From a virus: DNA of 64,000 bases. The notes under the pieces were generated by a model. It was not told the origin of the DNA and did no database searches. It worked only from the letters and a program-made list of their open reading frames with translations. Within the stretch, counting starts at the first letter, position 1. Each line of letters begins with the position of its first letter. Where the stretch lies: the IMG/VR virus record IMGVR_UViG_3300046002_004363, positions 35,578-99,577 of that record. One strand, written 5' to 3'. This document shows, piece by piece, positions 1 through 10,606 of the stretch. Made by a program: the position numbers and the translations under genes.

Positions 1-1
1 T

Positions 2-676
2 AGACATATACGAAAAGATACAAATCAAGTGTTTTATATTGGCATAGGAACAAGGTCAGGGCTTCATAGAGCAAAAAGCAAATCTTGTAGAAATAAAATA
101 TGGAATAGTATTGTGTCTAAAACAGAATATGAAGTAGAAATACTTTTTGAAGACGTTTCTTGGGATTTTGCTGTTGAAAAAGAAATTGAATTTATAAAAC
201 TATATGGCAAGATTATAGATAAAAACGGAACATTATCTAATTTAACTGATGGAGGAGAAGGATGCGCAGGTTTTAGTCATTCAGAAGAAACTAAAATAAG
301 ATTAAGTAAAAGTAAAAAAGGAGAAAAAAATCCAATGTATGGTACAGTATCGCCAAATAAAGGGAAAAAAACTTCAGAAGAAGTAAGAGAAAAAATAAGA
401 TTATCAAATACAGGTAAATTTAAAGGAGAAAAAAATCCTTACTATGGCAAAAAACACTCTGATGAGATTAGAAAAAAAATGTCAGATATACAGAAAACAA
501 TATCTAAAAAAGGAGAAGATAATCCTATGAGTAGAAAAATAATAAACTCAAACAATGGCAAGGTATATGACTGCATAAGAGAAGCCGCTGAAGATTTTGG
601 ATTTACATACTCAAAAGTAAAATGCCTATTAAATGGGAAAACAAAGGTAAACAACACAGGTCTTGAGTATCTATAA
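2..676 (+). CDS. GIY-YIG-type homing endonuclease with NUMOD3 repeats (5' truncated by window edge)
   Basis: Frame is open from base 2 (RHIRKDTNQVFYIGIG); NLTDGGEG motif; repeated HSEETK/GEKNPMYG NUMOD3 motifs; antisense to the capsid operon. Confidence 0.85.
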   Translation, partial: RHIRKDTNQVFYIGIGTRSGLHRAKSKSCRNKIWNSIVSKTEYEVEILFEDVSWDFAVEKEIEFIKLYGKIIDKNGTLSNLTDGGEGCAGFSHSEETKIRLSKSKKGEKNPMYGTVSPNKGKKTSEEVREKIRLSNTGKFKGEKNPYYGKKHSDEIRKKMSDIQKTISKKGEDNPMSRKIINSNNGKVYDCIREAAEDFGFTYSKVKCLLNGKTKVNNTGLEYL

Positions 677-710
677 AAAAAAGAGAGGCATTACACCTCT
701 CTTTTATTAT
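675..710. terminator. Bidirectional intrinsic terminator
   Basis: AAAAAAAAGAGAGG-cattaca-CCTCTCTTTT between convergent genes. Confidence 0.8.
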
Positions 711-738
711 TTATAACTTATTGATTTTCAAATAGTTA

Positions 739-2097
739 CTAACCTTTAACAAGTACGAAATTATTACGACCCATCGTACATAAGGCTCTTTCTGTCAACA
801 TGTGTAGTTGGTTAGCATCTAAGTCTGAATTACTTACATTTCCAGCTCCACCAACGCTCCACACTTTATAACGTCTGTCTTCAGTAGCAGACTTACGGTA
901 TTTAACGTGTAAGAATGGCAAAGTAGCATTAGCTCCTAAAACTTCATCTCTAACTGTTTTTGTTCCAGAAGGACATAGAACAGAGTTGATTGCAGAGTTA
1001 CCAGAGAACAAACCACGAGCAGTTGGATCATCTAAGTATTTCCATTGAGATTTGTAGATTTCGTAACCAGCAACTTTGAAACCTGAGAAACCTAAGTTTA
1101 AAGCTGTATCTTCGCTGTTATTGAAAGCTCCGTAAGAAGTACCTCCAACACCATAAGAATTTTGAGCAGCTAACAAGTAATCAATAGCTCTGTCTTGTTC
1201 GAAATCATTCATCATCATATATTCAGAAATAGCACCTTGTTTGTTTAAACGAGATAAGATTTCATCTACATCATCCATAGTAGAGATTACACCAGAGAAT
1301 ACGTTACCTTGAGCAACAGCTTCGAAGAAACCTTCAGTACCTGTGTACCCAGCAGTAGCAGCAGCAGAACCACTTTCGAAAGAAACACCCTCTACCATAC
1401 CCATCTCGATATAGTCATCAAATCTTTGACGAGATTGCGCTCTTGATTTTAAGTACCATAAGTACCCATTACCACCTTCACCTTCAACTTCAATCCAACC
1501 AACTTGAGCCATATCAGAACCATTAACTTCATCTAATTCCTTGATGATGATTGGTTTGTTATCAAAGATGTCTGGAGTAGCCTCTAAAGATTCAGCTCTA
1601 CCATTAGTTCCTTTTCTATACTCATTAGAGTAAGTGAATACGTTGATTCCTGAAGCAGCTAAAGCACCAGTATTACCAGCAGTACCGAAACCAGCAGATG
1701 TAGAAGCAGCAACTGTAAATGTATTTGCGTCTTCCGCTGTTACAATACCTTTCATTTCAACTGTACCATCATTTAAGATTACAGTATCATTTAAACGGAA
1801 AGAATGTCCATTCAAAGTAAATACAGCTCCTGAACGAGTTACACCTGTACCAACTGGTCTTAAACGACCTTCTTCAGACCATTTAATTAAGTCAGATTGG
1901 ATAGCCATCTCTTGACCCATTTTCTCTAAGAAACCTTTTAACGATTGGTTTCCGTAACGAGCGAATTCTTTTTCATACAATTCAGGTAAGAATTGATTTG
2001 TGAAGTCGAAATCAGAAGCATCTAAGTAGTTGCTATTTAAGATTTCTTTTGTTGCAGTAGGAGTTAATTTTACTCCTGGACTTGAATTTAATGCCAT
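739..2097 (-). CDS. Major capsid protein
   Basis: 452 aa, downstream of portal and acidic scaffold; QFLPELYEKEFARYG...WSEEGRL N-terminus typical of Bacteroidota podophage capsid proteins. Confidence 0.85.
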   Translation of the reverse strand: MALNSSPGVKLTPTATKEILNSNYLDASDFDFTNQFLPELYEKEFARYGNQSLKGFLEKMGQEMAIQSDLIKWSEEGRLRPVGTGVTRSGAVFTLNGHSFRLNDTVILNDGTVEMKGIVTAEDANTFTVAASTSAGFGTAGNTGALAASGINVFTYSNEYRKGTNGRAESLEATPDIFDNKPIIIKELDEVNGSDMAQVGWIEVEGEGGNGYLWYLKSRAQSRQRFDDYIEMGMVEGVSFESGSAAATAGYTGTEGFFEAVAQGNVFSGVISTMDDVDEILSRLNKQGAISEYMMMNDFEQDRAIDYLLAAQNSYGVGGTSYGAFNNSEDTALNLGFSGFKVAGYEIYKSQWKYLDDPTARGLFSGNSAINSVLCPSGTKTVRDEVLGANATLPFLHVKYRKSATEDRRYKVWSVGGAGNVSNSDLDANQLHMLTERALCTMGRNNFVLVKG

Positions 2098-2132
2098 TTG
2101 TGTGTGTTTTTGTTTTTTTTATTATTTCTTTT

Positions 2133-3152
2133 TTATACTAATTTAAACTTTGTGCCAGTAGATATGCTCTCTGGCGCTCTACGCATTCCCATATCTATGT
2201 TCTTACTATTTCTAACCTCATCCTCTATAGCCTTAGCCTTAGCTGTTTCATATACGTTTGATAAGATTGATTCGTAGTTCATAGCTACATACAATGCTTT
2301 GTGGTATCCTTCAGGGTCTTTGATAAAACCATTCTCATCTAAGAACTTTCCTAAAAAATTCATCACGTTTGATTGTGTCTCTTTCGTAGATTGAATATTT
2401 GAAGGTTTGTGATTAATAACTTCTTCACCAACTTTAAATTCAAAACCTTTGAATTCATTGCTAAATAAATTATCAGTCTCCTTCAAGAATATTTCATTCT
2501 GTTTTTGAGATAATTCCTCTTGCCCTTTAATAGAATCTACAAACTCCTTAGCACTTTTATATTCAGCTGGAATTTCTGTATCACTAGACCCTAATGGTAC
2601 AGCATATTTTTCCTTTTGTTTATTAAAGTATTCTAAGGCATCTGCGTGAGCCTTCTTAAATGCACGAGTCTTTTTTCTTATATCCTTGTCATCATCAAGG
2701 TCTTCATCATAAGCGTATGCATCTAAAAATTCATCTTGAATATCTTCATTGTCGAATTCAGGATTCATTTCTCGCATATACTTCTTAACAATATCTTGTT
2801 CGTCTAATTCAGAAAAGTCTTTTTGGTATTCTAAAAAATCATTATACCCCCTACCTGTTTCCTCTTTAAACTCTAAGTACTTCTTAACATCTTCTGGTAA
2901 TTCCTTGCTTTCGCTTTTAGGAGCTACCTTAGATAATAATTCTTCCTTAGTCTTAAGGTATTCTAATACGTCATCGTCATTATTAAATGTAAGAACTTGT
3001 TTGTCTTCTATAATCTCATCAGGTGTATCATTTGTTGTTGTAACCGAATCTGTAATTTGGTCGTTCACTTCAGACACTCCTTCATTGTCAATGATCACAT
3101 CATTATTTTGAACATCAGAGTACTCAGACCCTTCTAATTTCATTTTAAACAT
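2133..3152 (-). CDS. Capsid scaffolding protein (putative)
   Basis: Very acidic helical 339-aa protein between portal and capsid genes. Confidence 0.65.
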   Translation of the reverse strand: MFKMKLEGSEYSDVQNNDVIIDNEGVSEVNDQITDSVTTTNDTPDEIIEDKQVLTFNNDDDVLEYLKTKEELLSKVAPKSESKELPEDVKKYLEFKEETGRGYNDFLEYQKDFSELDEQDIVKKYMREMNPEFDNEDIQDEFLDAYAYDEDLDDDKDIRKKTRAFKKAHADALEYFNKQKEKYAVPLGSSDTEIPAEYKSAKEFVDSIKGQEELSQKQNEIFLKETDNLFSNEFKGFEFKVGEEVINHKPSNIQSTKETQSNVMNFLGKFLDENGFIKDPEGYHKALYVAMNYESILSNVYETAKAKAIEDEVRNSKNIDMGMRRAPESISTGTKFKLV

Positions 3153-3181
3153 ATAGTATTTGATTTAATTAAATTTCTCTG

Positions 3182-3189
3182 CAAAATTA
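3182..3189 (-). promoter_or_regulatory. Bacteroidota -7 promoter element (TAATTTTG) for scaffold/capsid
   Basis: Matches TAnnTTTG 30 nt upstream of the start codon. Confidence 0.65.
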
Positions 3190-3232
3190 CAAAATAATAG
3201 TTTTTATTTATCGTGGTTAAAATTCTGATAAT

Positions 3233-4135
3233 TTAAACATATATTAGACTTGTTTTATTTGGTCTATTTCCACTTAAGTAATTATTCAGTGTAGATATAT
3301 TTATATTTCTAGCCACAGCAGCTTCTCTTACGCAATAATAATATATTCCACTATCTAAATCTAAGACTAATTTTGATTTGTAATTATTTTCCCCAGATAT
3401 ACTTTTGCTTCTTTTTTCTAAGCACTCTTTTGATAACACCCTTCCTTTTAATGCGTTGGATATTTTCTCCCTTCTTTCTTTTGAAAATACAGTTCCTTTA
3501 TTGCTTTCTGATATTTTCTTTCTAGTTTCAATAGATACTTTTCTACCTACTAATCCTTTTGATATTTTTATTTTACTTTCTTCTGTATGCTTAAATCCTT
3601 TAAGTGAATTAGATATTTTCTCTTTAGATTCGTCTGAATGATTTTTGCCAAGCATATTTTTATTGCCTTTTTTTGATTCAGATATTTTATCTTTAGTTTC
3701 TTCAGTATGATTTTTACCATACATTGGATGTTTTTCCCCAGAAAATTTACCCTTCATTACAATAGACATATTCTCTATTTGCTCTGCGCTTCTTTTTTTA
3801 CCTTTATTAGAAAATCCTATTTTTGACTTTGTTTCTTCTGAATGCTTACCACTAAGAGAATCTGTTTCTGTAAGTTTACAATTCAATCCTTCATTTCCTG
3901 TGGAGTTATAATGATCTTGCCAAAACCTTTCCTTTTCGTTTAATTCGTTTATAAAGCACTCTTCAATAATATCAAAACTATGATTTTTAAATCCATAACT
4001 TAAGATAGAATTATACAATCTAACTTGATTTTTACAGTTGTTATTTCTGTATTTTCTTATTCTGCTGTTTATATTTGTACTTTGACCTATATATATTTTC
4101 CCAGACGGAGAAGTTATCTTGTATATTCCTATCAT
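3233..4135 (-). CDS. GIY-YIG homing endonuclease with multiple NUMOD3 repeats
   Basis: GIYKITSPSGKIYIGQS; several HSEETK-type repeats; own TATATTTG promoter at 4148-4155. Confidence 0.9.
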   Translation of the reverse strand: MIGIYKITSPSGKIYIGQSTNINSRIRKYRNNNCKNQVRLYNSILSYGFKNHSFDIIEECFINELNEKERFWQDHYNSTGNEGLNCKLTETDSLSGKHSEETKSKIGFSNKGKKRSAEQIENMSIVMKGKFSGEKHPMYGKNHTEETKDKISESKKGNKNMLGKNHSDESKEKISNSLKGFKHTEESKIKISKGLVGRKVSIETRKKISESNKGTVFSKERREKISNALKGRVLSKECLEKRSKSISGENNYKSKLVLDLDSGIYYYCVREAAVARNINISTLNNYLSGNRPNKTSLIYV

Positions 4136-4163
4136 ATTTTTTTATTGCAAATATAACTATTTT

Positions 4164-6605
4164 TTATCTAGGGTCAAAAGAACTTAAGTCAAACCCATTA
4201 AGACTATCTTCATTACTCTCGAATGACACCGCAGGTAAATCTTTTTTACGTTGCTCTATCATCTTAGATTGCTGTGTAGCTTGTAATTTTGTTCTCTCGT
4301 CTTTTCTATCCTCCTTCATTTGTTCTTTGGTCTTCATACCATCAACCTCAATCCCCTTAAGTTGCATTTGGTATCCAAACTCTTTCTCCATAAGCATAAG
4401 CTTCATTTCAACTTCAGCCTTCATCTTCTCTATCTCGGCAGCTACTCTTGCTTGCTCTACCATCGCTTTACTTTGACCTTCTAATTGAATTAACTGAGCC
4501 TTGCCTTCTGAAGCAGCTTGAGCAGATTGCATATTACCTTGAGTTTGAGCATTAATTTCTTGCATTTTTTGCTCTTGTCTCTCCTTCATTCTCTTCTCCT
4601 TCTTAATTGAAAGGTATTTAGATGCTAAGGATAAATTCTTAATACCAAGAATAGCATACTTATCTTCTACACCAAGATTTCCTTGTTGAATTTCAAATGT
4701 AATATCCCCTTCTAATTTAGCTCTTTCTTCTTCGTCAGGTGTTAATTCGATGTTTATAGCAAAGTCGTGGATATACATATTCTTAATCTTATCCAACGCA
4801 GTAACATTGTTAGCTGATATTTTATTTATCAAGTCTTGTTTGGTCTCAGAGAATTGTAATACGTCTGCAATACGAATTGTAATGCATTTAGCTAACTCTC
4901 TTGTAACAAACATACTGCCTGCTAATATGTGTCTTGTCGCTACATTTGAAGAATACGCTGCCATCTTTTGAATACCAACTAAACTATTCTTATCAGGATT
5001 ACTTGCATCAATAGCTTGATTAATTCCTGTTACAGATGCAATCATATCCATAGATATTTGAATTGAATCCCATAATGAACTAATCTTATCTTGACCTGAT
5101 GAATGTCTAATCTCTTGAATAGGCACTTTAGCATTGTTAAATTCACCGCCTACATTAGAACTTCTACCGATAACAGAACCTGTTTGGAAGTACATATTCA
5201 TAGCGTCTTCTACGGTGTATTTATTTCCACCACCAAGATTAATACCTACTAGCCCATCAACATCAATGTATTGACCATCAGGAACAACTCTTTGTTTTAT
5301 TTGTTGTAGCTTTAACCAAGACATCTGAATGTCATCTGCAAATGGTATCATTCTGTTCACAGTTGAGTCTATATGTCCTTTATACATTTTAGGAGCAATA
5401 CCAATGTAGTTAGGCTGTACTTTGTTTAAGTTTGATTTCTCCTTAACCATATTCTTACAAACCTCCCACTTTAATAAGATATTTGTTCCTAGTACTAAAA
5501 TACCTTCGAACCACACCTCTTCAATCTTAGTTAATTTCTCAAAGTCGGCATCACCTGTTCCTTTATATACAAAGTCATTATCTTTTGCGATAACTTTTAA
5601 TCCACCCTTTGAATTCTTCTTCTTCTTCCAAACTTTCTCTCTTGAGGTTTTGTAATTAAAGTACAATAAGCCTAATTTACCATCTAATACATCTTGAGAT
5701 TGACCATTAAGGTTCAATTCATAATAGTTATTCCAAGATGAAGATATGCTTTGTAGTCTTTGTTTTTGCTCATCAGTTAGATTTGGAAATTCCTTATAAA
5801 CTTCTGATAAATTTGTATTCTTGTATTCTCCGTAGTAGAAGCAATCTTGAAAGTAAGGGTCTTCTGTGTACGACCAAATTAAGTTTGCAGGGTCAACATA
5901 TTCAATCTTAATTCCGTCTCCAGGAACGAATCTATGTTTTCCAAAACCAACACCAATCTCGATTATATCCTTCTCTATTTTTCTTCTTGTAATTTCGTTG
6001 TAGTTATTCTCTTTAAATACCGTTTCAACAGCTATCTCTACAGCTTGTTCAATTGGTGGCTTAAATTCAAACTCCATCTTAATATCTATCTCATCTTCAC
6101 TTTCTGGTATTTGATCTAAAGGAACAGAAGTTACTTCAATCCCAACATCATTCTTTATTTTTTGAGCTAACTCCTTCCCAATCATATCTGTCTTAAGATT
6201 CTCTCTCTTCTTTGATTTTTCTTCAACAGATGTAGGGTCTACTGCAATAGCATTAATAGAGAATTCTCTCTGAGCCATTCCATTAGCAATTATATCTACA
6301 TACTTAGGGATAACTGGTATAACCTTCCAATCTAAATTCAAATAAGACATATCTCCATTAACAGCGAAGTACTCCTTATATCTTGCAACACTCTGCAATC
6401 CATTAGCATACATTCTTCTCTTGTGAAATTCATCTCTTTGTTGATAATACTTACAGGTAGAGCTTTCTCTTTTAAACCATTCTGCTTGAATACTTTCGCC
6501 AACTTGTAATCCATAATCTTTTCCCTTTTGAACCTCAAATGGTACATTTTGATTTGGAAAACTTCTGTAAGGAATGGAAATACCTTCCGCTTTCTTCTTT
6601 ATCAT
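4164..6605 (-). CDS. Portal protein
   Basis: 813 aa directly downstream of terminase; long Q/E/K-rich C-terminal coiled coil as in podoviral portals. Confidence 0.85.
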   Translation of the reverse strand: MIKKKAEGISIPYRSFPNQNVPFEVQKGKDYGLQVGESIQAEWFKRESSTCKYYQQRDEFHKRRMYANGLQSVARYKEYFAVNGDMSYLNLDWKVIPVIPKYVDIIANGMAQREFSINAIAVDPTSVEEKSKKRENLKTDMIGKELAQKIKNDVGIEVTSVPLDQIPESEDEIDIKMEFEFKPPIEQAVEIAVETVFKENNYNEITRRKIEKDIIEIGVGFGKHRFVPGDGIKIEYVDPANLIWSYTEDPYFQDCFYYGEYKNTNLSEVYKEFPNLTDEQKQRLQSISSSWNNYYELNLNGQSQDVLDGKLGLLYFNYKTSREKVWKKKKNSKGGLKVIAKDNDFVYKGTGDADFEKLTKIEEVWFEGILVLGTNILLKWEVCKNMVKEKSNLNKVQPNYIGIAPKMYKGHIDSTVNRMIPFADDIQMSWLKLQQIKQRVVPDGQYIDVDGLVGINLGGGNKYTVEDAMNMYFQTGSVIGRSSNVGGEFNNAKVPIQEIRHSSGQDKISSLWDSIQISMDMIASVTGINQAIDASNPDKNSLVGIQKMAAYSSNVATRHILAGSMFVTRELAKCITIRIADVLQFSETKQDLINKISANNVTALDKIKNMYIHDFAINIELTPDEEERAKLEGDITFEIQQGNLGVEDKYAILGIKNLSLASKYLSIKKEKRMKERQEQKMQEINAQTQGNMQSAQAASEGKAQLIQLEGQSKAMVEQARVAAEIEKMKAEVEMKLMLMEKEFGYQMQLKGIEVDGMKTKEQMKEDRKDERTKLQATQQSKMIEQRKKDLPAVSFESNEDSLNGFDLSSFDPR

Positions 6606-6613
6606 TTTTTACT

Positions 6614-9244
6614 TTATTTATTATAAGTCTTAAAATTTATAACTATATCCTCAGTCACCTTCTGTGCTGGAGCATACATTTTTCTATTTACTGCCATTAT
6701 AGCTAAACCAGAACTAATAGAGGCATCAAACTTTGTTCTATTATTAATATCAAACTTAATCCAATCCTTTAGTGTGTCATTAAACACTATATTCTGAGGC
6801 ACTTCATCGTCATCTGCATTACTACCAACGTATTTCTCTATGTAAGATTCAATAGCTGTTGCGTGCATTTGCTTAACATCTTCAGAGGAGTTAGGCATAC
6901 CTCCTAATTCTTTCTCTGTTGGTGAAAGCCTATTTTCAGCCTTATCAAAACGAGTTATACTAAAACCTCTATACCCTCTATTCTTAAAGTGATATAATAA
7001 ACGTGGCTTATTATTCTCTGCTAATATAGGCATACCATAAAATACACACGCCATTAATACATCTTCAAAGAATATCTCTGCGGTTTTTGGTCTTGCTACA
7101 TACTCTAAAAAGAACGTATGATTAGGTGCATTAGAAAAACTAAATCCCGTTAGTCCGTGTAAAGCTCCCTTTGAAGCTCTATTGGTATCTTCATCGTAAG
7201 AACCATCTTTTCTAACACCTTCTACTGTTCCTGATATATCGTATGTATCACAACCGAAAGCCCCTATATCTCCATTTAATGGGTATTTTGAGTGTCCTCC
7301 TGGACCACTTTTTGTCTCAAATTTATTCCTCATCTCCTCTGGAGGTATCCAAGATAGCTTAAATCTTCCTTTCTCATTAGGGTGGAAATCAACTATTGTA
7401 TCTTTAATACCATCTCTCCATTGGAAATTACCAACCGCAATTTTGCTATCAGCATCGTGGTCTTCATTTATCTTTATTTGGTCTATTATCTTTTCTATGT
7501 TAAAGGTAGATTGCAACAACTCATCTCTAAATGCTTCATCTATAGTCATAGGGAATGCTCTTAATTCCTCATTATAAGAAATGTCGCTTTCCTTTCTCTT
7601 ACTACTTCTCTTCGCCTCTAAGAATTGAACACTACCAATAGTCTTCTTATCACCATACACATTGTAGTAAAAACTACCCTTCTCTATAACTTCGTGGCAA
7701 ACACCATATTTATCTGTGAATTCCTCCATATTCTTATGAGCTGGAAGAAAGTACGAGTACAACCCTGATGGTGTTCTACCTGTAATCTTATTTCTCTTCT
7801 TAATACTTGATGACTTGTATAGTTTGAAGAATTCTTCTCCACCCTTATTCATCGCATTAACGGTTGAGCCTATAAATGCCTTCCCTACAATTTTACCACC
7901 TGTATCGAATGTTGGTGATACTTGACCCCAATGCTTCTCGAAGTTAGCAGGCTTTTCCCACTTAGATGCCTCATCTCCAAGATATCTAAACATCTTTTGA
8001 CCATCATAAGCTGAATCCTTTGTTGGTAAGAAGTCTACTAACGTATTTAAGTAATCATCTGTATTTGTATCTCTATTCTTCTTAGATAACTTACTCTTGT
8101 CTTGCGGTCTTGCAAAATCTAAGGCTTTCTTTGAATCTTCAATACCCCTTACAATAGGTTTAAAGAAGAATGGTAAATTAAGGAATGCATAACTAAACTT
8201 AGAGAATGCCTTTGCAGCATCATCATTAGTTTTTGATGTCATACCTATTCTTGCATTTGAAGTTGAGGTTGCATCATTAAGTAGTTGACATATAATTTGA
8301 TAGGTATAACCTGTACGTCTTGATTTTACAAATAACTCACCTAAACATCGAGGGTCTACAATACAAGCCTCTGTGAAATAAAACATATCTCTTTGGGCTG
8401 TCCTGAAGTCCATATATCCACCTGAATCTTCCATCTTTACCCATTGAAGTGCAAAGTAATGACTACCAGTTAGATACTGAGGTTTTCCATTATTCATAAA
8501 CCAGATACCCTCTCTTCTTCTCCTAAATTCCTCTATAATGTATTCAGTGTATGCTTCTGCGTTTTCTTGAGATAAACCACTTGGCACATCTAATCTTCTC
8601 CAATATTGATCTTCCTTCTTCTTATCCCAGAATAATATATCTTTTCTGTAAGGTACTTTTGGTAGAGTTATATTTAAACCACTAAGGTTTATTACCTCAC
8701 CCCTTGTACCATTAGGGTCTAATATGATTGAATCATTTTCTTCATCATACCATTCTTTATAATAGTTCTTTCTTGGTAAAAACTCTCCACAAGCAAACTT
8801 CTCAGGATACCCTCTCTTAAACTCATTCTCCTTAAGATTAATTTTATCAGCATCTATTTGAAGTCTTAATTCAATAAGTGATGAATCAATTTCTACAATC
8901 GCTTGATGAATTGATGGTTTAACTGAAATAGCTAAGTGGTGTTTTGAAGGATCTAAATCATCGTAGTCAATCTTTGAACGTAAAGCGTCTCTAAGGACTC
9001 CTAAGGCAATATCTCCAGCCTTAACAAGTCTTACTACATATTTCTTAAATTTATCCTCAGAAGGAGCGTTTGTGCTGTTTTGCCATCTAAGTAGTAATTC
9101 CTTACCATACTTAAATGAATCAACCTTAGCCTTTACAATAGTCTTTACCTTGTCAGGTTCAATTAAAGACATATCAGTGCTATACTCTAATCCTTCGATT
9201 ACAGTTTCAACAGCTATCTCTATATCTTTACTTAATCCTATCAT
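6614..9244 (-). CDS. terL: Terminase large subunit with N-terminal helical extension
   Basis: Walker A-like KSRRTGYT, Walker B YLGDE, GST motif, RNase H-like GCD and LAENN/FDASI nuclease motifs. Confidence 0.9.
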   Translation of the reverse strand: MIGLSKDIEIAVETVIEGLEYSTDMSLIEPDKVKTIVKAKVDSFKYGKELLLRWQNSTNAPSEDKFKKYVVRLVKAGDIALGVLRDALRSKIDYDDLDPSKHHLAISVKPSIHQAIVEIDSSLIELRLQIDADKINLKENEFKRGYPEKFACGEFLPRKNYYKEWYDEENDSIILDPNGTRGEVINLSGLNITLPKVPYRKDILFWDKKKEDQYWRRLDVPSGLSQENAEAYTEYIIEEFRRRREGIWFMNNGKPQYLTGSHYFALQWVKMEDSGGYMDFRTAQRDMFYFTEACIVDPRCLGELFVKSRRTGYTYQIICQLLNDATSTSNARIGMTSKTNDDAAKAFSKFSYAFLNLPFFFKPIVRGIEDSKKALDFARPQDKSKLSKKNRDTNTDDYLNTLVDFLPTKDSAYDGQKMFRYLGDEASKWEKPANFEKHWGQVSPTFDTGGKIVGKAFIGSTVNAMNKGGEEFFKLYKSSSIKKRNKITGRTPSGLYSYFLPAHKNMEEFTDKYGVCHEVIEKGSFYYNVYGDKKTIGSVQFLEAKRSSKRKESDISYNEELRAFPMTIDEAFRDELLQSTFNIEKIIDQIKINEDHDADSKIAVGNFQWRDGIKDTIVDFHPNEKGRFKLSWIPPEEMRNKFETKSGPGGHSKYPLNGDIGAFGCDTYDISGTVEGVRKDGSYDEDTNRASKGALHGLTGFSFSNAPNHTFFLEYVARPKTAEIFFEDVLMACVFYGMPILAENNKPRLLYHFKNRGYRGFSITRFDKAENRLSPTEKELGGMPNSSEDVKQMHATAIESYIEKYVGSNADDDEVPQNIVFNDTLKDWIKFDINNRTKFDASISSGLAIMAVNRKMYAPAQKVTEDIVINFKTYNK

Positions 9245-9783
9245 AAATGCAATATAATTCTATTTTGATTAATCATATATAACTTCTCGTCAAATATCTT
9301 GAACTCGTATTCTGAATCTTTCTTAACGCCAATCAACGAACCTTCGTTTAGATTAGTCATATCTTTATTCTTATACTTTAAGATACATATTTGTTCATTC
9401 TCTTTATGTCCTTCATACTTATCATTGATAGTTGTAGGCTCTATAAAACAAAATGGAGGTAATGCAATTTTATCATCACCCTTTATAACCATATAAGCTA
9501 ATTCCTTCTCAACATAAAATAAGTCATCTTTAATATGATATTTACTCTCCAAAGGAAACCCTTGATTATTATATTGAATCCTAAATGTATTGTGATGTAC
9601 AACTATTGTATCTCCAATTTCTACATCCCCTTCATAACCAATAGGTGTTGATACTACTTCTGCTAATCTTTGTGTGAAGTTGTGGTCCTCAACAGATATA
9701 TTTAAAATTAATCCATTAGATGAATTATTAGAATACCTCTCTTTATTGAAAGGTCTAACTATAAAATAATGTGGACTTCTCAT
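9241..9783 (-). CDS. GroES-like co-chaperonin (possibly two tandem domains)
   Basis: FIVRP...GLIL...AEVV...VEIGDTIV pattern; second half (CFIEP...EGSLIGV...KLYMI...IIL) repeats the layout. Confidence 0.6.
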   Translation of the reverse strand: MRSPHYFIVRPFNKERYSNNSSNGLILNISVEDHNFTQRLAEVVSTPIGYEGDVEIGDTIVVHHNTFRIQYNNQGFPLESKYHIKDDLFYVEKELAYMVIKGDDKIALPPFCFIEPTTINDKYEGHKENEQICILKYKNKDMTNLNEGSLIGVKKDSEYEFKIFDEKLYMINQNRIILHL

Positions 9784-9787
9784 AAGA

Positions 9788-10012
9788 CTATAATTGCGTA
9801 TAGTATTCGATATGAATTACATTGCTTAAATTAAAAGACTTCCATATAGCTTTTACATCGCTATCTATTTCCTTTACATAGATGTCAAAGAACATATCTT
9901 CCTTTATTATATCTGAAACTACTCCAGAGCCACCAAATACATTACTGTTCACTTGGTAGTGCATAATATTGTTATTATCCATTTTAACGGATATCTTTCT
10001 TACTAAATTCAT
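9788..10012 (-). CDS. Hypothetical protein
   Basis: ORF with upstream TATCTTTG promoter (10037-10044). Confidence 0.6.
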   Translation of the reverse strand: MNLVRKISVKMDNNNIMHYQVNSNVFGGSGVVSDIIKEDMFFDIYVKEIDSDVKAIWKSFNLSNVIHIEYYTQL

Positions 10013-10045
10013 ATTAAATTAAATTAAAAATATATGCAAAGATAA

Positions 10046-10606
10046 TTAAAATATAGGGATACCGATTCCTAATGAAATATAAGGCTTTAACGTTTGTGTT
10101 TCATATCCAACACCTCCCTTTAATAATATCTTATTCTTTATGTTCCAATCAATTCCTAAATTCAATTGATTGTTTGTATTGTACGATGCCGAAACAAAAG
10201 CCTTACTCCTATCTCTGTATTTTGTAATTGTGGTTTCTCTTATTGTATCGTTAACTTCTACCTCTGAACAGAAATCTAACAATTCCCCAGTTGTTGTGAT
10301 ATGGGCAATACCTTTAACTCTCTTGCCTTCTATCGGTTGGTTGTATACTTTTGCTGTAATTGACGTTGTGTCTGGTTTATCTAAATACACTAAAGACGTA
10401 TCAGTTTTTCTTATATACACAGTCTTGTACTTAGTAACAATATTATTGTCTTTTACCCTTAAAGTATCTGTTATCTTTATTATTTTATCTTTGTATGTTA
10501 TTGTTTCAGAGACACCTCTATATTCACAGAAATGCAATACAGAAAAAGCCATTACAACCCCAATAGCTATAAATATAACTCGATTTAATATTTTAGAATA
10601 AATCAT
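10046..10606 (-). CDS. Membrane-anchored lysis accessory / spanin-like protein
   Basis: N-terminal TM helix, C-terminal amphipathic beta strands ending in Phe; near endolysin. Confidence 0.45.
   Translation of the reverse strand: MIYSKILNRVIFIAIGVVMAFSVLHFCEYRGVSETITYKDKIIKITDTLRVKDNNIVTKYKTVYIRKTDTSLVYLDKPDTTSITAKVYNQPIEGKRVKGIAHITTTGELLDFCSEVEVNDTIRETTITKYRDRSKAFVSASYNTNNQLNLGIDWNIKNKILLKGGVGYETQTLKPYISLGIGIPIF

Noticed and set aside
455-480. CTGATGAG hammerhead-like words here and near 30921
   Set aside because: Both lie inside coding sequence without the flanking stems
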